From: Candidatus Saccharimonadota bacterium
GTDB taxonomy: Bacteria; Pseudomonadota; Gammaproteobacteria; Enterobacterales; Enterobacteriaceae
Reading direction: 5' to 3'
DNA: 32,000 nt
Assembly (NCBI GenBank): GCA_036689225.1
Contig: CP144768.1
Span: 90,001-122,000 of the forward strand
Positions within the stretch are counted from its first letter, which is position 1. Every line of letters starts with the position of its first letter. This document shows positions 30,565 to 32,000 of the stretch, piece by piece. The translations under genes were made by a program, and so were the position numbers. The notes beneath the pieces were generated by a model, which had not been told where the DNA came from, searched no databases, and was given only the letters and a program-made list of their open reading frames with translations.

Positions 30565-31644
30565 TTAAAATTTTAAAGTAAATCCTATTGATATTTTATC
30601 GTCATTTTTATTATTTTTTTTATTTAAAAAATTATTTTTATTTAATTGATCTATTTTATAATCTATATATGCAGATAAAGATTTATTAAATTTATATATA
30701 GTTGCTATATTAAAATATTTTTCTGTATTTTTTTTTGATATATTATTTTTTTTTATATTATCTTGTTTTGTTTGTATATATCCTATAATAGGTGTAAATC
30801 CTGATTTAAAATTATATTTTGCTACTATATTAAAATTATAGTTTTTTATTTTATTATTTATTTTTTTTTTATTAAAATTATCTCCTTGAGTATATGTTGT
30901 TGCTAAATATAATTTATTTAAATTATATCTTATACCAGTAGATCATATATTTTTATTTACATTATTATTATTTAATATAATATTTTTTTTATTTATATTT
31001 TTTTTTATATTATATTTTTTTGAAGTATATGAACTAGATAATTCAATACCATATTTAGTTTTTAAATTATAAGTAATACCTCATCCATTTTCTAAAGATT
31101 TTATAATATTATTTGTATTATTATTTGAGTTATTTTTTTTTTGATATTGTAATATAAATGTTGAATTTTTTAATAAAGGTGTATTTTTATTAAAATTTAT
31201 TTTTTTTTTATATGTAATTAAATTATTATTTATATTATTAATAATATTATTTTTATTATTTGGAAATATATTTATATATGATAATGTATTATTTATATTT
31301 TCATAATTTTTTCCATAGCTTATTTTTCCTAAACAATTATCTTTTATACCTATATATAATAAATTTATATTAATATTATTATTTTTTTTATTTGTTTTAT
31401 TATTTTTTTCTAAAATTGTTTTTATTTTTCCAAATGTAGTTATATTTTTATTTAATTTATTTTTTCCTTTAATTGATAAAATTAATGATTTATTTATTTT
31501 TTTATCAAAATATTTATTTGATAATGATCCGTTAATATTTAATAAAAAATTTTTATTTTTTAAAATTGTAATTGATTTAGATGTTTGTATAGTTAATAAT
31601 GATATTATAATAAATATTAATGAATTTTTATTAATTATATTCAT
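30565..31644 (-). CDS. outer-membrane general porin, OmpF/OmpC family
   Basis: The gene is 359 aa, joined over 2 TGAs, with a signal-like N-terminus MNIINKNSLIFIIISLLTIQTSKS. By-eye matches to E. coli OmpF: NIW-STGIRYNLNKLYLATTYTQGDN versus [48 protein letters not shown] versus [22 protein letters not shown], and KYFNIATIYKFNKSLSAYIDYKIDQ versus [25 protein letters not shown]. The C-terminal ..ISIGFTLKF ends in the terminal aromatic Phe. AAGGA lies 7-8 nt upstream of the ATG. Confidence 0.85.
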
Positions 31645-31726
31645 TTTTTTAAATTCCTTATATATTAATTATTATATATTTATTATATAAATATAATTAA
31701 ATATTAACAATATTAATATTTTTTTT

Positions 31727-32000
31727 TTAAAAATTTATATAATTTGGATATCTTGGAAAAGGAATAACATCTTTTATATTTTTCATTTTAGTAATATACA
31801 TTAATAATCTTTCTATTCCTAAACCAAAACCACTATGTGGAATAGTACCATATTTTCTTAAATCTCTATATCATCAATATTTTTTTTTATTTAATTTTTT
31901 TTTTTTTATATTAATATCTAATAATTTTATATTTTCTTCTCTTTCTGAACCACCTATTATTTCTCCTACATTTGGTAAAATTATATCCATACATGATACT
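31727..32000 (-). CDS. asnS: asparagine--tRNA ligase, C-terminal part (5' end beyond window)
   Basis: ..[80 protein letters not shown] matches the E. coli AsnRS C-terminus, [65 protein letters not shown]. The WW pair is encoded by TGA-TGA at 31871-31876. The stop is TAA at 31727-31729. Confidence 0.95.

Noticed and set aside
1-32000. Reading the many TGA-interrupted genes as pseudogenes in a decaying genome.
   Set aside because: All fragments re-join in the same frame, since every gene length checked is a multiple of 3. No TAA or TAG interrupts any gene. Many of the TGAs fall on conserved Trp positions. Recoding explains this far better than decay does.
1-32000. Assignment to the known UGA=Trp betaproteobacterial insect symbionts (Zinderia or Nasuia type), based on AT-richness and code.
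   Set aside because: The local gene order is the gamma/Enterobacterales pattern: asnS-ompF, alaS-csrA-serV-argV, dnaX..htpG, rsmD|rpoH, and dcw..secA. The porin is OmpF-like. I cannot name the taxon without database searches.

Overview
The window is extremely AT-rich, roughly 12-16% G+C by eye (not computed), and almost fully coding. It looks like part of a drastically reduced, endosymbiont-type gammaproteobacterial genome. The key to reading it is that TGA encodes Trp (translation table 4). The standard-code ORF track splits about 20 genes at TGA codons, and many of these TGAs fall on Trp residues conserved in E. coli orthologues as I recall those sequences. After re-joining I call 29 CDS (27 recognisable housekeeping genes and 2 orphans) plus tRNA-Ser(GCU) and tRNA-Arg(ACG). 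All 28 stop codons visible in the window are TAA (22) or TAG (6), and I found no frameshifts.

Gene order, left to right: rpsA(partial)-ssb-dnaB-rsmD (minus); rpoH-hslV-hslU-orf91-rpmE (plus); murA-tpiA (minus); rsmH-murE-murF-mraY-murD-murG-murC-ddl (plus); orf97 (minus); secA-degP-dnaX-htpG (plus); recA (minus); alaS-csrA-tRNASer-tRNAArg (plus); ompF-like porin-asnS(partial) (minus).

Local synteny is strikingly E. coli-like (alaS-csrA-serV-argV, asnS-ompF, dnaX..htpG, rsmD|..rpoH, dcw..secA), but with clean excisions. The main observations:
- UGA is recoded to Trp in a lineage with Enterobacterales-like synteny.
- The dcw cluster keeps every Mur/MraY/MurG/Ddl gene. It has lost mraZ, ftsL, ftsI, ftsW, ftsQ, ftsA, ftsZ, lpxC and secM from their ancestral slots.
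- In MurE the DAP-specificity motif DNPR reads DDLY.
- Two orphan ORFs are present, one at the lpxC|secA position.

I saw no mobile elements, CRISPR, defence or toxin systems. I cannot name the organism from the sequence alone.
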